A stretch of DNA of 64,000 nucleotides from an uncultured Methylomirabilota bacterium (GTDB lineage Bacteria; Methylomirabilota; Methylomirabilia; Methylomirabilales; 2-02-FULL-66-22). Of this stretch, positions 1 through 10,293 are shown piece after piece. Location: contig CAWJSJ010000002.1 of assembly GCA_963845565.1 (NCBI GenBank), positions 2,432,001 through 2,496,000 on the forward strand, read 5' to 3'. A program made the translations under genes and the position numbers. Under the pieces are notes generated by a model that saw only the letters and a list, made by a program, of their open reading frames with translations, searched no databases and was not told the DNA's origin. Every line of letters starts with the position of its first letter. Position 1 is the stretch's first letter.

Positions 1-224
1 CGAAGCGCGGGAAGATGTCGGGCCGAAAGGAGGTCTTCCGCTGCGCGGGGTGCGGCCAGCATTTCGTGGTGGCGGCGCAGGCGCCCCGCCCGGCCTGTTG
101 CGGGAGCGAGATGGCGCCCCGTCTCCTGCCGCTGATCGAGGGCGGGCGCGTCGTGCGGGCCATGCCGGACGTGCACGCGCTCCGTCGACAGGTATTGGCC
201 GAACTCACCCAGGTGGCCCTCTGA
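1..224 (+). CDS. C-terminal end of a probable nicotinate phosphoribosyltransferase (partial, runs off the window)
   Basis: Frame open from window start: KRGKMSGRKEVFRC..C...CC..M..LL.PLIEGG, resembling the Cys-containing C-terminal tail of archaeal-type NAPRTases. Confidence 0.6.
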   Translation, partial: KRGKMSGRKEVFRCAGCGQHFVVAAQAPRPACCGSEMAPRLLPLIEGGRVVRAMPDVHALRRQVLAELTQVAL

Positions 225-281
225 GGGCATGACCCGTGATCACGCTCCGATGATCGTTTCGGAGACGCGAGAGGACGACGC

Positions 282-716
282 ATGAGGACGGGGGGGCGGG
301 GCGGTCACCGCATCGGCAGGGCGCGCTGGCTCCGGAGGCTGGAGGGCGCGGTGACCATCGTGGCCTTTACGGAATCCGGACGGATGCACCGGGCGCGGGT
401 CGGCAAACGGTCGCTTCTGGTTGCCGCACTCCTGACATGTATCCTGCTGGTCGGCTTCACCACGTCGGCGCTGCGACTCTTCCGCGGTCAAGTCGACCTG
501 GCGCGTATGGCCTACCTGGAGCGAGAGAACCAATCGCTCACCTCGCTCCTCGAGGGGCAGGCGGAGCAGCTCAGCCGGCTGAAAGTGGAGGTCGCGCGGC
601 TGAAGGAGTTCGAGCAGAATCTGCGCGTGGTCTCCGGGATGGATGCGCAGGCCGAACCAGCGGTCGGCGCGGGGCCGACGCGCGGGCCGAAGAAGGACCC
701 GCCCCGCAAGCGTTGA
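282..716 (+). CDS. Hypothetical membrane-anchored coiled-coil protein
   Basis: GAGG RBS; one TM (SLLVAALLTCILLVGF) then a heptad-rich helix (LERENQSLTSLL...LKEFEQNLR). Confidence 0.6.
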   Translation: MRTGGRGGHRIGRARWLRRLEGAVTIVAFTESGRMHRARVGKRSLLVAALLTCILLVGFTTSALRLFRGQVDLARMAYLERENQSLTSLLEGQAEQLSRLKVEVARLKEFEQNLRVVSGMDAQAEPAVGAGPTRGPKKDPPRKR

Positions 717-769
717 CGGAGAGCTCGGGCGCTCGGGCGGGTGGGCCGGTGTCTTTCGCAGAGGGCAGT

Positions 770-1687
770 ATGCGCGAAGAGGCGGGTTCCGAAGGGGCGG
801 CGCGCCGGTCCGGGCTTCACGCCCGGCTGGAGGAAGAGGCGTATCGCGGACTCCGCAACCTGGTGCTGGCCGCCGGGGGGATCGATCTGAACCGGTACAA
901 GGACCGGTGTGTCCTGCGACGGATCGCCGTCCGGCAGCGCGCGTCAGGCGCCGCAGATCTCCGTGCCTACCTGCGCCTGGTGGGCCGCGATCCCGTCGAG
1001 CGCGAGCACTTGGTGAAGGCGCTTACCATCCATGTCTCCCAGTTTCTGCGGAACCCCACCACGTTCCGGGCCATCCAGACGGAGGTGCTGCCCGCCATTC
1101 TTGCGGACAAGGCGCGGATGGGCGGCCGAGCGCTGCGGCTCTGGAGCGTGGGGTGCGCCTGCGGAGAAGAGCCGTATTCCTTGGCACTCCTCCTCTCCGA
1201 GATGGCCTCGGAGACGGTCCGAAAACACTCCACGACGATCTACGGAACCGACATCGAGCCGGAGTGCCTGCGCGTGGCGCGGGAGGCGCGGTATCCCGCC
1301 GTCAGCCTCAAATCCGTCCCGGCCCACTGGAAGCAGCAGTACTTCACGCCGGTGGGGCTCGATTACGAGGTGAGACCGGAGATCCGCCGTCTCGTCTATT
1401 TCAAGTTGCACAGCATCCTCGATCCGGTGCCGTTCGGTCGGATCGATCTCGTGGTCTTCCGAAACGTCCTCATCTATATGACGGACCCGCTCCAGGAACA
1501 AGTCCTGCTGCGACTGTCCGAAGCGCTCAATGCGGGGGGGTACCTGGTGCTGGGGAAGGTTGAGGGGCTGGCCGGATCAACCCGGGAACTGTTCGAGCCG
1601 GTCAACGTTCCGGAGCGGATCTATCGCAAGCGTGGCCACCCGGCGCCCGAGCGACCGTCCCGAGGACTGGAAGCCCTCTGGAAATAG
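770..1687 (+). CDS. cheR: Chemotaxis protein-glutamate methyltransferase CheR
   Basis: LTIHVSQFLRN, RLWSVGCACGEEPYSLA, GTDI and DLVVFRNVLIY motifs; start taken at ATG 770. Confidence 0.92.
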   Translation: MREEAGSEGAARRSGLHARLEEEAYRGLRNLVLAAGGIDLNRYKDRCVLRRIAVRQRASGAADLRAYLRLVGRDPVEREHLVKALTIHVSQFLRNPTTFRAIQTEVLPAILADKARMGGRALRLWSVGCACGEEPYSLALLLSEMASETVRKHSTTIYGTDIEPECLRVAREARYPAVSLKSVPAHWKQQYFTPVGLDYEVRPEIRRLVYFKLHSILDPVPFGRIDLVVFRNVLIYMTDPLQEQVLLRLSEALNAGGYLVLGKVEGLAGSTRELFEPVNVPERIYRKRGHPAPERPSRGLEALWK

Positions 1688-1747
1688 GGCTTTCCGCTTG
1701 ACTTCGTCGTTTCGTGTACGATACTTATACGCGCCACGTCTGCGCCG

Positions 1748-1853
1748 CTAAGCCGTTGTCAAAGAATTAGTTGAGCGGGGATCTTCCGAAACGGCATAAG
1801 GAGCCGTAACGAAATAGAAAGAGACGCATAGGTTATTTCGTAACGGCTCCTAA
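1748..1853 (-). repeat. MITE-like repeat family A, copy 1 (106 bp, reverse orientation)
   Basis: Near-exact reverse complement of the copies at 12914, 31573, 36977 and 49620; CTAA on both flanks. Confidence 0.9.
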
Positions 1854-1907
1854 GTTCGGATGTGATCGACGGTTCGCGCGGACTCTGTCCCCGCGAGGAG
1901 GGAGTGT

Positions 1908-3173
1908 ATGCAATCCACGACGATCGGCAAGAAGCTGTATCTGGGATTCCTCGCGGTCATTGTGGCCACGGGCGTCCTGCCGGGTCTGTTGTCAACGGCC
2001 CTCCGTCGGTTCATCCCGCAGGAGTATGTCCTCATTTTCACGGGCGTCTTGGGCATCTTCCTCGGCATCATCCTGGCCTTCGTCATGTCGCGAAGCTTGA
2101 CGACCGAGATTCGCGCGCTGGCGGCGGCGGTCCGGGTTGTTGCGGAAGGCGATCTGACCAAGGATGTTCCCGTCAACACGGCCGACGAGGTCGGGGAGCT
2201 GGCCCAGACCTTCAACCAGATGGTGCGAAGTCTGCGTGAGATCGCGCGCGAAGTGAAGTCTACCTCGGACGCCGTGACCGGGTCCGCCGTCGCCCTCTCG
2301 GCCTCGGCAGAGGAGATGAACTCCTCCACGGAGGAGATCGCGGCCACCGTGGAGCAGATCGCCAAAGGGGCGGAACACCAGGCCGGTTTGGTGGAGCAGA
2401 CCTCCAAGGTGATGCGCGAGATGGCGCGGGCGATCACGGAGATCGCCTCGCGCGCCAAGGCGGCCGCCGAGGCGGCGGCCGAAGCGGGCTACACGGCCCA
2501 GACGGGCGGCAAGTCGGCCCGTGAGGCCATGGACAAGATGAAGGGGGTCTTCAGCATCGTGGAAGGGGCCGCCGGCGGGGTGAAGGCGCTGAGCGAGCGG
2601 ACTCAGCAGATCGGGATCATCGTGGACGTGATCACCAAGATCGCCCAGCAGACCAACCTCCTGGCCCTGAACGCCACCATCGAGGCGGCGCGGGCCGGGG
2701 AGGCGGGCCGCGGCTTCGCCGTGGTGGCCGAGGAGGTGCGCAAGCTGGCGACCGAGGCCGCCACCTCGGCCGAGAAGATCGCCGAGATCGTGAGGGAAGT
2801 CCAGACGGAGAACACCCGGGTGGTCAGCTCCATGGAGGTCGCCACGCGGGACATCGCCTCGGGCCGGGAGGTCCTGACCTACACCAGCGACGCCCTCGAG
2901 GAGATCGTGCGGGGGGTCGTGGACGAAGTCAAGAAGGTCCAGGAGATTTCCGCCCTCACGCAACAGCAAACCGAGGGCGCGCAATCCCTGGTGAAGACCA
3001 TCGACGAGATCGCCAAGGTCGCCGAGGACAACGCGGCGTCGACGGAGGAGGCCTCGGCGGCCACCACGGAGCAGACGGCTTCCATGGAGCAGATGGCGCA
3101 ATCGGCACAGCAGCTGAGCGGTCTGGCGGACAAACTCAAGACCTTGGTGGCGCGCTTCCATGTCGGACGGTAG
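1908..3173 (+). CDS. Methyl-accepting chemotaxis protein (two closely spaced TMs, HAMP, MA domain)
   Basis: [54 protein letters not shown]. Confidence 0.95.
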   Translation: MQSTTIGKKLYLGFLAVIVATGVLPGLLSTALRRFIPQEYVLIFTGVLGIFLGIILAFVMSRSLTTEIRALAAAVRVVAEGDLTKDVPVNTADEVGELAQTFNQMVRSLREIAREVKSTSDAVTGSAVALSASAEEMNSSTEEIAATVEQIAKGAEHQAGLVEQTSKVMREMARAITEIASRAKAAAEAAAEAGYTAQTGGKSAREAMDKMKGVFSIVEGAAGGVKALSERTQQIGIIVDVITKIAQQTNLLALNATIEAARAGEAGRGFAVVAEEVRKLATEAATSAEKIAEIVREVQTENTRVVSSMEVATRDIASGREVLTYTSDALEEIVRGVVDEVKKVQEISALTQQQTEGAQSLVKTIDEIAKVAEDNAASTEEASAATTEQTASMEQMAQSAQQLSGLADKLKTLVARFHVGR

Positions 3174-3717
3174 CGGGGGCCAGCGCGCGCTCGTCCGCTT
3201 GGACTCCGCCGAGGTCGCGGAGGAGTCGCGGGAGGAGATCCGCCGCGTCATCCTCTTCCAGGCGTGCGACGAGTGGTTCGCCCTGCCCATCGGTTTCGTG
3301 GGAGAGGTCCAGCCACTGGATCGGGTGACGCGCGTTCCGACCGCACCCCGTGATGTTCTGGGGATTCTCAACATCCGGGGTCGGGTGCTGACGCTTTTCG
3401 GCCTGGCCGAATGTCTCAACATCCCGCCCGGACAGGAGCCGTGCACCCACGTGGTCGTGCTCGATTTGGGGGATGCCGAATTGCGCATCGGCCTCGCGGT
3501 GCAGCGAATCGGCGGGGTGCGACGCGTTCCGGTCTCGGCGCTGGAGCCGCCGCCGCCTCGCGAGAGCGGACCGGGATGCCTGGAGGGGGTGTTCGAGGCC
3601 GGTGGACAGGTGGTCGGCCTCTTGGATCTGACGCGCGTTTTCGCGCGATCCCTCTCCGACTGGGGGATCGCGCTCGAGGCGCGCACTGCGACGGAACGAC
3701 AGGGTGCGGACCAGTGA
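3160..3717 (+). CDS. cheW: CheW coupling protein
   Basis: [31 protein letters not shown]. Confidence 0.9.
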   Translation: MSDGSGGQRALVRLDSAEVAEESREEIRRVILFQACDEWFALPIGFVGEVQPLDRVTRVPTAPRDVLGILNIRGRVLTLFGLAECLNIPPGQEPCTHVVVLDLGDAELRIGLAVQRIGGVRRVPVSALEPPPPRESGPGCLEGVFEAGGQVVGLLDLTRVFARSLSDWGIALEARTATERQGADQ

Positions 3718-3742
3718 CGGCTGGCCGCCATCGGAGGTGGGT

Positions 3743-4156
3743 GTGATCAAGATCCTGGTCGTGGACGACGCGATCTTCATGCGCAGCATGATCCGTGACA
3801 TCTTTGCGCGGGGACCGTTCGTGATCGCGGGCGAGGCCGAGAACGGGGTGGAGGCCGTGCGGTTGTACCAGGAGCTCCGCCCGGACCTCACGACCATGGA
3901 CATTGTCATGCCGCAAATGGACGGGATCACCGCGCTGCGGGAGATTATCCGCTTCGACCCTACCGCCAAGGTTGTCATGTGCAGTGCCCTCGGGCAGGAG
4001 GCTCTGATCGCCGAGTCCATCGAAGCGGGCGCCTGCGATTTTATCGTCAAGCCCTTCCAGCCCAGCCGGGTCCTGAAGGTGGTGCAGAGCGTGCTGGGCT
4101 TGGACGATCAGTTGCGGCTGCCGGCGTCGCCGGGTCGTCCGGGAGACGGGCGGTGA
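3743..4156 (+). CDS. cheY: CheY-like single-domain response regulator
   Basis: ILVVDDAIFMR, PDLTTMDIVMPQMDG, FIVKPF; GGAGG RBS before GTG 3743. Confidence 0.9.
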   Translation: MIKILVVDDAIFMRSMIRDIFARGPFVIAGEAENGVEAVRLYQELRPDLTTMDIVMPQMDGITALREIIRFDPTAKVVMCSALGQEALIAESIEAGACDFIVKPFQPSRVLKVVQSVLGLDDQLRLPASPGRPGDGR

Positions 4157-4824
4157 CGGAAGGCGGCGGTGAACCGCACGGGTCGGACCGCCGGTCCCGG
4201 ATCGGGCTGCCGGTAGGGATCGGCATCGGCGCTTCCGCGGGGGGGCCTCGCGCTCTCTTGACCTTGCTCACCGACCTGCGGCTTCCGCGATCCGCCTTCG
4301 CGTTCTTGGTCCAGCACATCCATCCGAAATTCACCAGCATTCTGGGTCGTCGGCTCAACGAGGCGGCGTCCATTCCGGTGGAAGAGGCGCAGGACGACGC
4401 CGCGGCCAAGCCCGGACGAGTGTATCTGGCGCCGGGCGGGCGACACCTTGTGGTGGAGCGGGGCTGGCCCGGTGTGTTTCGGATGCGCTTGACCGACCGG
4501 CCTCCGCGCCATGGTGTCCGCCCCTCGGTGGACGAATTGTTTCTGTCGCTGGCGGCCGTCTTCGGGCCGCGGTCCATCGGTGTGGTGCTGACCGGGATGG
4601 GGCGCGACGGGCTCGAGGGGGCCAGGGCCATCAAGGCCCAGGGGGGCACGGTTCTCGCCGAGGCGGAGGCGACCTGTGTCGTGTACGGGATGCCGCGGGT
4701 GCTGGCGGAGGCCGGTCTGACGGATCGCCTGATTCCCATCGACGAGATGGCTACGGCTATCCGTGAGGTCTCGTCGGCGGTGGCCGACGTGCGCCATTCG
4801 GCCGCGACCCCGGGTCAAGGGTAG
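4153..4824 (+). CDS. cheB: CheB methylesterase, catalytic domain only (no receiver domain)
   Basis: GASAGGP, VQH, RPSVD and LTGMGRDG catalytic motifs. Confidence 0.88.
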   Translation: MTEGGGEPHGSDRRSRIGLPVGIGIGASAGGPRALLTLLTDLRLPRSAFAFLVQHIHPKFTSILGRRLNEAASIPVEEAQDDAAAKPGRVYLAPGGRHLVVERGWPGVFRMRLTDRPPRHGVRPSVDELFLSLAAVFGPRSIGVVLTGMGRDGLEGARAIKAQGGTVLAEAEATCVVYGMPRVLAEAGLTDRLIPIDEMATAIREVSSAVADVRHSAATPGQG

Positions 4825-4830
4825 ATCGCC

Positions 4831-6867
4831 ATGGACATGTCGAAGTACGTCAAGATGTACGTCAGCGAATCCCGGGACCGGCTGCAGCGCATGGATGGGC
4901 TCCTGCTCACGCTCGAACAGGACCGCGGGGACCGCGGGGCCATCGACACCCTCTTCCGCGAAGCGCACTCCATCAAGGGGATGTCCGCCTCCATGGGGTA
5001 CGAGGAACTGGCCAAGGTCTCGCATCGCATGGAGGACTTCTTGGAGCAGTTCCGCGGCGGTACCGGGGCACTGGAGCGCCGCGGGGTGGACATTCTCTTC
5101 GAGGGGGTGGATCTGCTGCGGCGCGCGGTGGAGGAGATCGCGGCCGGATCGGCCCCGACGCTCGCCGCCGACGAGTACTTGGCCACGATGGCCTCTCTGG
5201 CGTTGACGAACGCGCCACGCCCAGCGGCGCCGCGCGAGGCGTCGCCGGTGCCGTCGATCTCACCCGGGCCGGCGGCAGGGGGAGCCTCCCCCGGGCGGAG
5301 CCAGTTCGCGGTGGATCTGCGGATCGCTCCGGACGCGCCGCTTCCCTCGGCGCGAGCGTATATCACCCTGCGGCGGGTCCGCGACCTGGGCGAGCTGATC
5401 CGATCCGCGCCGACCCTGGAGCAGGTTCAGTCCGGTCAGTTCTCCGGCGCGCTCTCCATCCTGGTGGCCACGACGCGCAGCGCGGGCGACGTGCAGGCGT
5501 TCCTGGCCGGCCTCCCCGACGTGGCCTCGGTGGTGGTGCGCCCAGCGGACGGTGGGGCAGCGCCCTCGTCCGCGGGGCCGGCCGCGCCGGCGGACGCACC
5601 GCCGTCCCCCGCTCGCCCGACGGAACCAGCGGAGCGCCCCCGGTCGGAGGCTGTCCGGTCGCCCGCCGAGGCGACACCGCCGATCGCCTCTCCGGCCGCA
5701 CCGCGCCCCGCGGCGGTTCCGCGCCGTCCGGTGACGATGATGCGGGTGGACACGCGCTTGCTGGACGACCTGATGGATCAGGTGGGCGAGCTCGTGACGG
5801 CCAACGGGTCGCTGCTGGAGGTCAGCCATGGGATCGACTCCCCGGGTCTTCACGAAAGCGCCGGACGGGTCGAGGGGCTGGTGAAGGCGCTGCAGCAGCA
5901 GGCAATGAAGCTCCGCATGATGCCCCTGGAAATGATCGCGGACCGCTTTCCTCGGGCGGTCCGCGACCTCGCCAAGAAGCGCGGCAAGGAGGTGACGTTC
6001 GAGGTCCTGGGCAAGGAGACCGAACTGGATCGGGCGATCCTGGAGGAGTTGCCCGACCCGATTCTCCATATCCTGCGGAACGCCATCGATCACGGGATCG
6101 AACCCGCCGAGGAGCGGGTGCGGCGAGGCAAGCCTCCCGTGGGGACGATTCGTCTGGAGGCGATGAAAGAGCGCGAGAGTGTGCTGATCCGGGTCGCCGA
6201 CGACGGTCGGGGCATCGACCCGGCAGTCCTCCGCCGGGTGGCGATGGAGCGAAACGTGATCAGCCGTGAGCAGGCCGAGACGCTGCCGGATTCCGAGGTC
6301 ATGATGCTGATCACGCTGCCGGGCTTCAGCACGGCCAAGGAGGTGACCGACCTCTCGGGCCGCGGCGTCGGGATGGACGTGGTGCGGGGTGCGGTCGAGT
6401 CGCTCCGAGGCAGCCTCGTCATCGAGTCGGTGATCAACCAGGGGACGACGTTCACGCTCAAGCTGCCCCTGACGTTGGTGGTGGTCGCCGTTCTCCTGGT
6501 CGCCGTCGGCGAGGAGCGGTACGCCCTGCCCGTGTCCACGGTTGAGCAGATCCTCGAGATTCGGCCGGAGGAGATCCAGCGCGCCCAGGCGCAGGAGGTG
6601 TTCGCGCGGGACGGGGTGCTCCTGCCGCTGGTGCAGCTCCGGCAACTGCTGGGAGCGCCGGCGGTGGACGGCGCGGCGGCGCGGCTGGTGGTGGTCTGCG
6701 AGATGCGCGGGCGCCTGATTGGCCTGGTCGTCGACCGCTTCATCGGCTATCGTGAGGCCGTGGTCAAGCCGCTGGACAAGGCCCTGAAGGGGGTACGAGG
6801 GTTCGCCGGTGTGACCATCCTGGGGGACGGGAGCACGGTGCTCATCCTGGATCTCAACACGCTATGA
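4831..6867 (+). CDS. cheA: Chemotaxis histidine kinase CheA
   Basis: Hpt LFREAHSIKGM, HILRNAIDHGIE, DDGRGID, SGRGVGMDVV, C-terminal CheW domain. Confidence 0.95.
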   Translation: MDMSKYVKMYVSESRDRLQRMDGLLLTLEQDRGDRGAIDTLFREAHSIKGMSASMGYEELAKVSHRMEDFLEQFRGGTGALERRGVDILFEGVDLLRRAVEEIAAGSAPTLAADEYLATMASLALTNAPRPAAPREASPVPSISPGPAAGGASPGRSQFAVDLRIAPDAPLPSARAYITLRRVRDLGELIRSAPTLEQVQSGQFSGALSILVATTRSAGDVQAFLAGLPDVASVVVRPADGGAAPSSAGPAAPADAPPSPARPTEPAERPRSEAVRSPAEATPPIASPAAPRPAAVPRRPVTMMRVDTRLLDDLMDQVGELVTANGSLLEVSHGIDSPGLHESAGRVEGLVKALQQQAMKLRMMPLEMIADRFPRAVRDLAKKRGKEVTFEVLGKETELDRAILEELPDPILHILRNAIDHGIEPAEERVRRGKPPVGTIRLEAMKERESVLIRVADDGRGIDPAVLRRVAMERNVISREQAETLPDSEVMMLITLPGFSTAKEVTDLSGRGVGMDVVRGAVESLRGSLVIESVINQGTTFTLKLPLTLVVVAVLLVAVGEERYALPVSTVEQILEIRPEEIQRAQAQEVFARDGVLLPLVQLRQLLGAPAVDGAAARLVVVCEMRGRLIGLVVDRFIGYREAVVKPLDKALKGVRGFAGVTILGDGSTVLILDLNTL

Positions 6868-6958
6868 TCCCGACCGGGACCGGGTGTCTCGGCCCCAGGC
6901 GGCAGCGGGGAGTCCGGCCGGCAGGTCGCGCGGGGCGCCGGGGGTGACTGGGGCGGCA

Positions 6959-7588
6959 ATGGCAGAACGGGGCGGAGTCCTGTCACCGGACGTGGCGCGG
7001 GTCCAGGGGATCAGCGACCGCAGCCTGTCGCGGGCGGAACGATCGCTCGGCACGATGCTCGGCCATTCGGTGCGTTTCGCGGTCCGGGGGGTGCACGCAG
7101 TATCGTCCAGCGCGTTGCCCTCCCTGGCCGAGGACGCCGAGCGGGACCGGTTGGCCGTGCTGCGGTTTCGGATTCTGGGCCAAGGGAGCGGGTGGATCCT
7201 GCTCTTGCTTTCCCGACCCACGATCTACCGTCTGCTACAGTTGCTGATGGGTGCGCCCGCGAATCCGCGTGACCTTACCGAGATCGAGCGTTCGGCGGTG
7301 CGAGAGGTGGGGAACCTCCTGGCATCGTCCTTCCTGAGCGAACTGGGCGACCTGGTGGGCCGGCGCCTGATGCCTTCGCCGCCGGAGCTGCATTTCGAGC
7401 AGGTGCCCCGCGTCGTGCGCGAGGTGCTGGCCTCGCTCCACGCTCTCGCCGCCGAGGTCGTGGTCATCCAGGCCCGCCTCGAGGATGCGGAGGGGGACAT
7501 TCACGGACGGTTCTTCGTGGTGCCCGAGGTCGGCGTCCTGGAGCCGATCGCGCGCGGCGCGGCGGAGGGCCGGGGGGTGATTCCATGA
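6959..7588 (+). CDS. cheC: CheC family phosphatase
   Basis: ERSAVREVGNLLASSFL, LMPSPP; the first E-xx-N motif is degenerate. Confidence 0.8.
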   Translation: MAERGGVLSPDVARVQGISDRSLSRAERSLGTMLGHSVRFAVRGVHAVSSSALPSLAEDAERDRLAVLRFRILGQGSGWILLLLSRPTIYRLLQLLMGAPANPRDLTEIERSAVREVGNLLASSFLSELGDLVGRRLMPSPPELHFEQVPRVVREVLASLHALAAEVVVIQARLEDAEGDIHGRFFVVPEVGVLEPIARGAAEGRGVIP

Positions 7589-8412
7589 CGACAACGATCG
7601 CGGCGCTGGATCCGGCCCTGCGGGGACGGTACGACGCGTTGCGCGACCTGTTGCGAGAGATGGGTCGGGTGGTGGTGGCGTTTTCCGGGGGCGTGGACAG
7701 CACGTTTCTCCTCGCGGTGGCCGTCGAGTGTTTGGGGGAGAACGCGCTGGCCGTGACGGGTGTGTCCCCCAGTCTGGCGGCGGCCGAGCGGGACGAGGCG
7801 GCAGCGCTCGCCGCGCGCCTTGGGGCGCGACATCGCTGGATCGAGACGGGAGAGATGGATCAGGCCGGATACGTGGCCAACGCGGCGGACCGCTGTTACT
7901 TCTGCAAGGCCGATCTATTCGGGCGACTCCAGGCGCTGGCGCGCGGCGACGGCTATCCGTGGGTGGTGGAGGGGGCAAACCTGGACGACCTCGGCGATCT
8001 GCGCCCCGGCCGCCAGGCCGCACGCGAGCAGGGGGTGCGGAGTCCGCTCCTGGAGGCCGGCCTCAACAAGGCGGGTATCCGGGCGCTCTCCCGGGCGCTC
8101 GGCCTCCCTACCTGGGAGAAGCCTGCCATGGCCTGCCTGGCCTCGCGGATTCCGCACGGGACTCCCGTGACGATCGAGCGGCTCGGCCAGGTGGAGCGGG
8201 CCGAGGCCGCGCTGCGCGCGCTGGGCTTTCGCTCGGTCCGGGTGCGTCACCACGAGATGATCGCGCGCATCGAGTTGCCCCCCGACGAGCGCGCGCGGCT
8301 CCTCGATCCGGCCGTCGGAGGCGAAGCGGTCCGGACGGTCAAAGCCGCCGGGTACCAGTACGTCGTCTTGGACCTGGAAGGCTATCGCCCCGGGGGCCGG
8401 CCCACGCCGTAG
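7585..8412 (+). CDS. larE: ATP-dependent sacrificial sulfur transferase LarE
   Basis: PP-loop AFSGGVDS, RCYFCK, RPGRQAA, ACLASRIPHG. Confidence 0.9.
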   Translation: MTTTIAALDPALRGRYDALRDLLREMGRVVVAFSGGVDSTFLLAVAVECLGENALAVTGVSPSLAAAERDEAAALAARLGARHRWIETGEMDQAGYVANAADRCYFCKADLFGRLQALARGDGYPWVVEGANLDDLGDLRPGRQAAREQGVRSPLLEAGLNKAGIRALSRALGLPTWEKPAMACLASRIPHGTPVTIERLGQVERAEAALRALGFRSVRVRHHEMIARIELPPDERARLLDPAVGGEAVRTVKAAGYQYVVLDLEGYRPGGRPTP

Positions 8413-8430
8413 ATGTGTCAGAACCATCCG

Positions 8431-8796
8431 TCACGCGGCGGGCGGACGACCTGCGGCGCGATGGGGCGTGAAGACAGGGTACAGTTCCAGCTTGGTTTCG
8501 CTCGCCCGCAGGTTGTAGTCCTCGACCAGCGCCTCGGCCTGGCGCAGGTACTCCGGCTGCCACAGCTCCAATCGGAAGCCGAGGTTATCGGAGAACTCGC
8601 CGATCGTCCTCCACCAGAGCCGGATCCCGAACAGCCGCTGCGGCGCGGCCAGCCGCCGGGGCTGGTCCGACGGTCGGTAGCGGCCCTTGGTGACGCTCCA
8701 GGCCAGCCGCGAGGTAACCTCGGGCCCGAAGTGCTTCTTCACGAGTGACTCGACCAGGGCGGCGTTTGCCCTGCCGGCGTTCCGGATTTCGACCAT
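8431..8796 (-). CDS. Hypothetical protein
   Basis: GAGGG RBS before ATG; protein-like composition; no family recognised. Confidence 0.6.
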   Translation of the reverse strand: MVEIRNAGRANAALVESLVKKHFGPEVTSRLAWSVTKGRYRPSDQPRRLAAPQRLFGIRLWWRTIGEFSDNLGFRLELWQPEYLRQAEALVEDYNLRASETKLELYPVFTPHRAAGRPPAA

Positions 8797-9160
8797 GGTT
8801 CACCCCTCTGGTGGCGCGGTTCCCCGCGACGGTAAGCCCAAGCACCGGGCTCCTGGCACCTCCTCCGTACCGTGGATCTTTACTCCAAATAGACCCGATC
8901 TGCAAGGAGTTCATGCCGACAGCCGGTCGCGGTGGAAACGCGAGAACCATGGTCGGGAGTTCAACCGTCGTTGTGGAACGGCAGGCGCGGGGTCGCCAGG
9001 CGGAGGGGTCAGGAAAGCCTGACATTGCGCCGCCGCCGGGTTGATTCTTTGCGCCGATTTCCCGTATACTCTCCCGGCGTGTCGCGACGCCCCGGGGCGT
9101 GTGTCCGGGGAATCGCCGCTCTTCCCGTGTGTCGCTCCCCTAGCTGTGGAGGTCGTCATC

Positions 9161-10192
9161 ATGAAAGCACTGGTCCACACCGCCCCCCTAAAGTTCGAGC
9201 TTCGGGACGTCCCGGTTCCACAGCCCCAAGAGCAGGAGGTCCGCATCCGCGTCCAGGCCGTCGGCATCTGCGGCTCCGATGTCCACGGGTACACCGGCAC
9301 CACCGGCCGTCGCATCCCGCCCATCATCATGGGCCACGAGGCCTCGGGGGTGGTGGAAAGCGTGGGGCGGGCGGTGACGGGCATCGCCCCCGGCGAGCGC
9401 GTGACGTTCGATTCCACGGTCTATTGCAATCAATGCCCCGCCTGCCGCCTGGGGCACGTGAACCTGTGTCAGACTCGGAAGATCATCGGGGTCTCGACGC
9501 CGACGTTCCGCGCCGAAGGGGCCATGGCGGAGTACGTCGTGGTTCCCTCCTGGATCATCCACAAGTTGCCGCCCGCGGTGTCCTTCGAAGAGGCGGCGAT
9601 GATCGAGCCCGCCGGTGTCGGGATGCACGCCGCGCGGATCACGCCCATCGACGTCAATGATGTCGTAGTGGTCGTCGGGGCGGGTCAGATCGGCCTCTTG
9701 ACCGGCCAGGGTGCACGCATCAAGGGCGCCGGGACGCTGGTGTTCATGGACGTCAAAGACGACCGGTTGGCCTTCGCCAAGAAGATGGGAGCAGACCTGG
9801 TCATCAATACCGCGAACGGGGACCCGGCGGAGGCGCTCCAGAAGGCCATCGGCCGACCGGATGCCGACGTGGTCTTCGAGGCGGTGGGGCTCGAGGCCAC
9901 CGTCGCCATGAGCATCCGGCTCACCAAGCTGGGCGGGAACCTCACGCTCATCGGGAACGTGACGCCGAAGATCCAGGTGAATCTGCAGGAGATCATCTCG
10001 CGCGAGGTGACGATCCGGGGTTCGGCGGCGATTGCGGGCGAGTACCCGGCGTGCCTCAACCTGATCGCGCAAGGCCGGCTGCAGGTGAAGCCGCTCATCA
10101 GCCGGATTCTGCCGCTGTCGGAGGGGCAAGCGTCCTTCGACGCCCTGCACCACGGGGAGCCGGGTCTGATGAAGATCCTGTTGCGGCCGTGA
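9161..10192 (+). CDS. Zn-dependent sugar/polyol dehydrogenase (galactitol-1-P/threonine dehydrogenase-like)
   Basis: GICGSD, GHEASG, CNQCPAC...C, GAGQIG; GGAGG RBS. Confidence 0.9.
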   Translation: MKALVHTAPLKFELRDVPVPQPQEQEVRIRVQAVGICGSDVHGYTGTTGRRIPPIIMGHEASGVVESVGRAVTGIAPGERVTFDSTVYCNQCPACRLGHVNLCQTRKIIGVSTPTFRAEGAMAEYVVVPSWIIHKLPPAVSFEEAAMIEPAGVGMHAARITPIDVNDVVVVVGAGQIGLLTGQGARIKGAGTLVFMDVKDDRLAFAKKMGADLVINTANGDPAEALQKAIGRPDADVVFEAVGLEATVAMSIRLTKLGGNLTLIGNVTPKIQVNLQEIISREVTIRGSAAIAGEYPACLNLIAQGRLQVKPLISRILPLSEGQASFDALHHGEPGLMKILLRP

Positions 10193-10200
10193 CGAGGAGG

Positions 10201-10275
10201 GCGCAAAGGGCAGAGCGCAGAGCGCCAAGGACAGACACGTAGGACGCCATGCGCTATGCGCCATGCGCTTGGCGC
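10201..10275. repeat. Short 7-nt tandem repeats in inverted arrangement
   Basis: gcgcaaa-gggcaga-gcgcaga-gcgccaa followed by ccatgcg-ctatgcg-ccatgcg-cttggcg. Confidence 0.6.
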
Positions 10276-10293
10276 CGGCGACCGGAGGTTGGG

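Noticed and set aside
1992..3731. Long antisense ORFs opposite real genes (also 5260-6645, 46018-47928, 52034-53803, 58810-60414)
   Set aside because: Expected shadows of high GC3 codon usage, with no motifs or RBS.
8895..8920. Sigma54 promoter for the 8431-8796 gene
   Set aside because: GG-to-GC spacing is 12 nt instead of the required 10.
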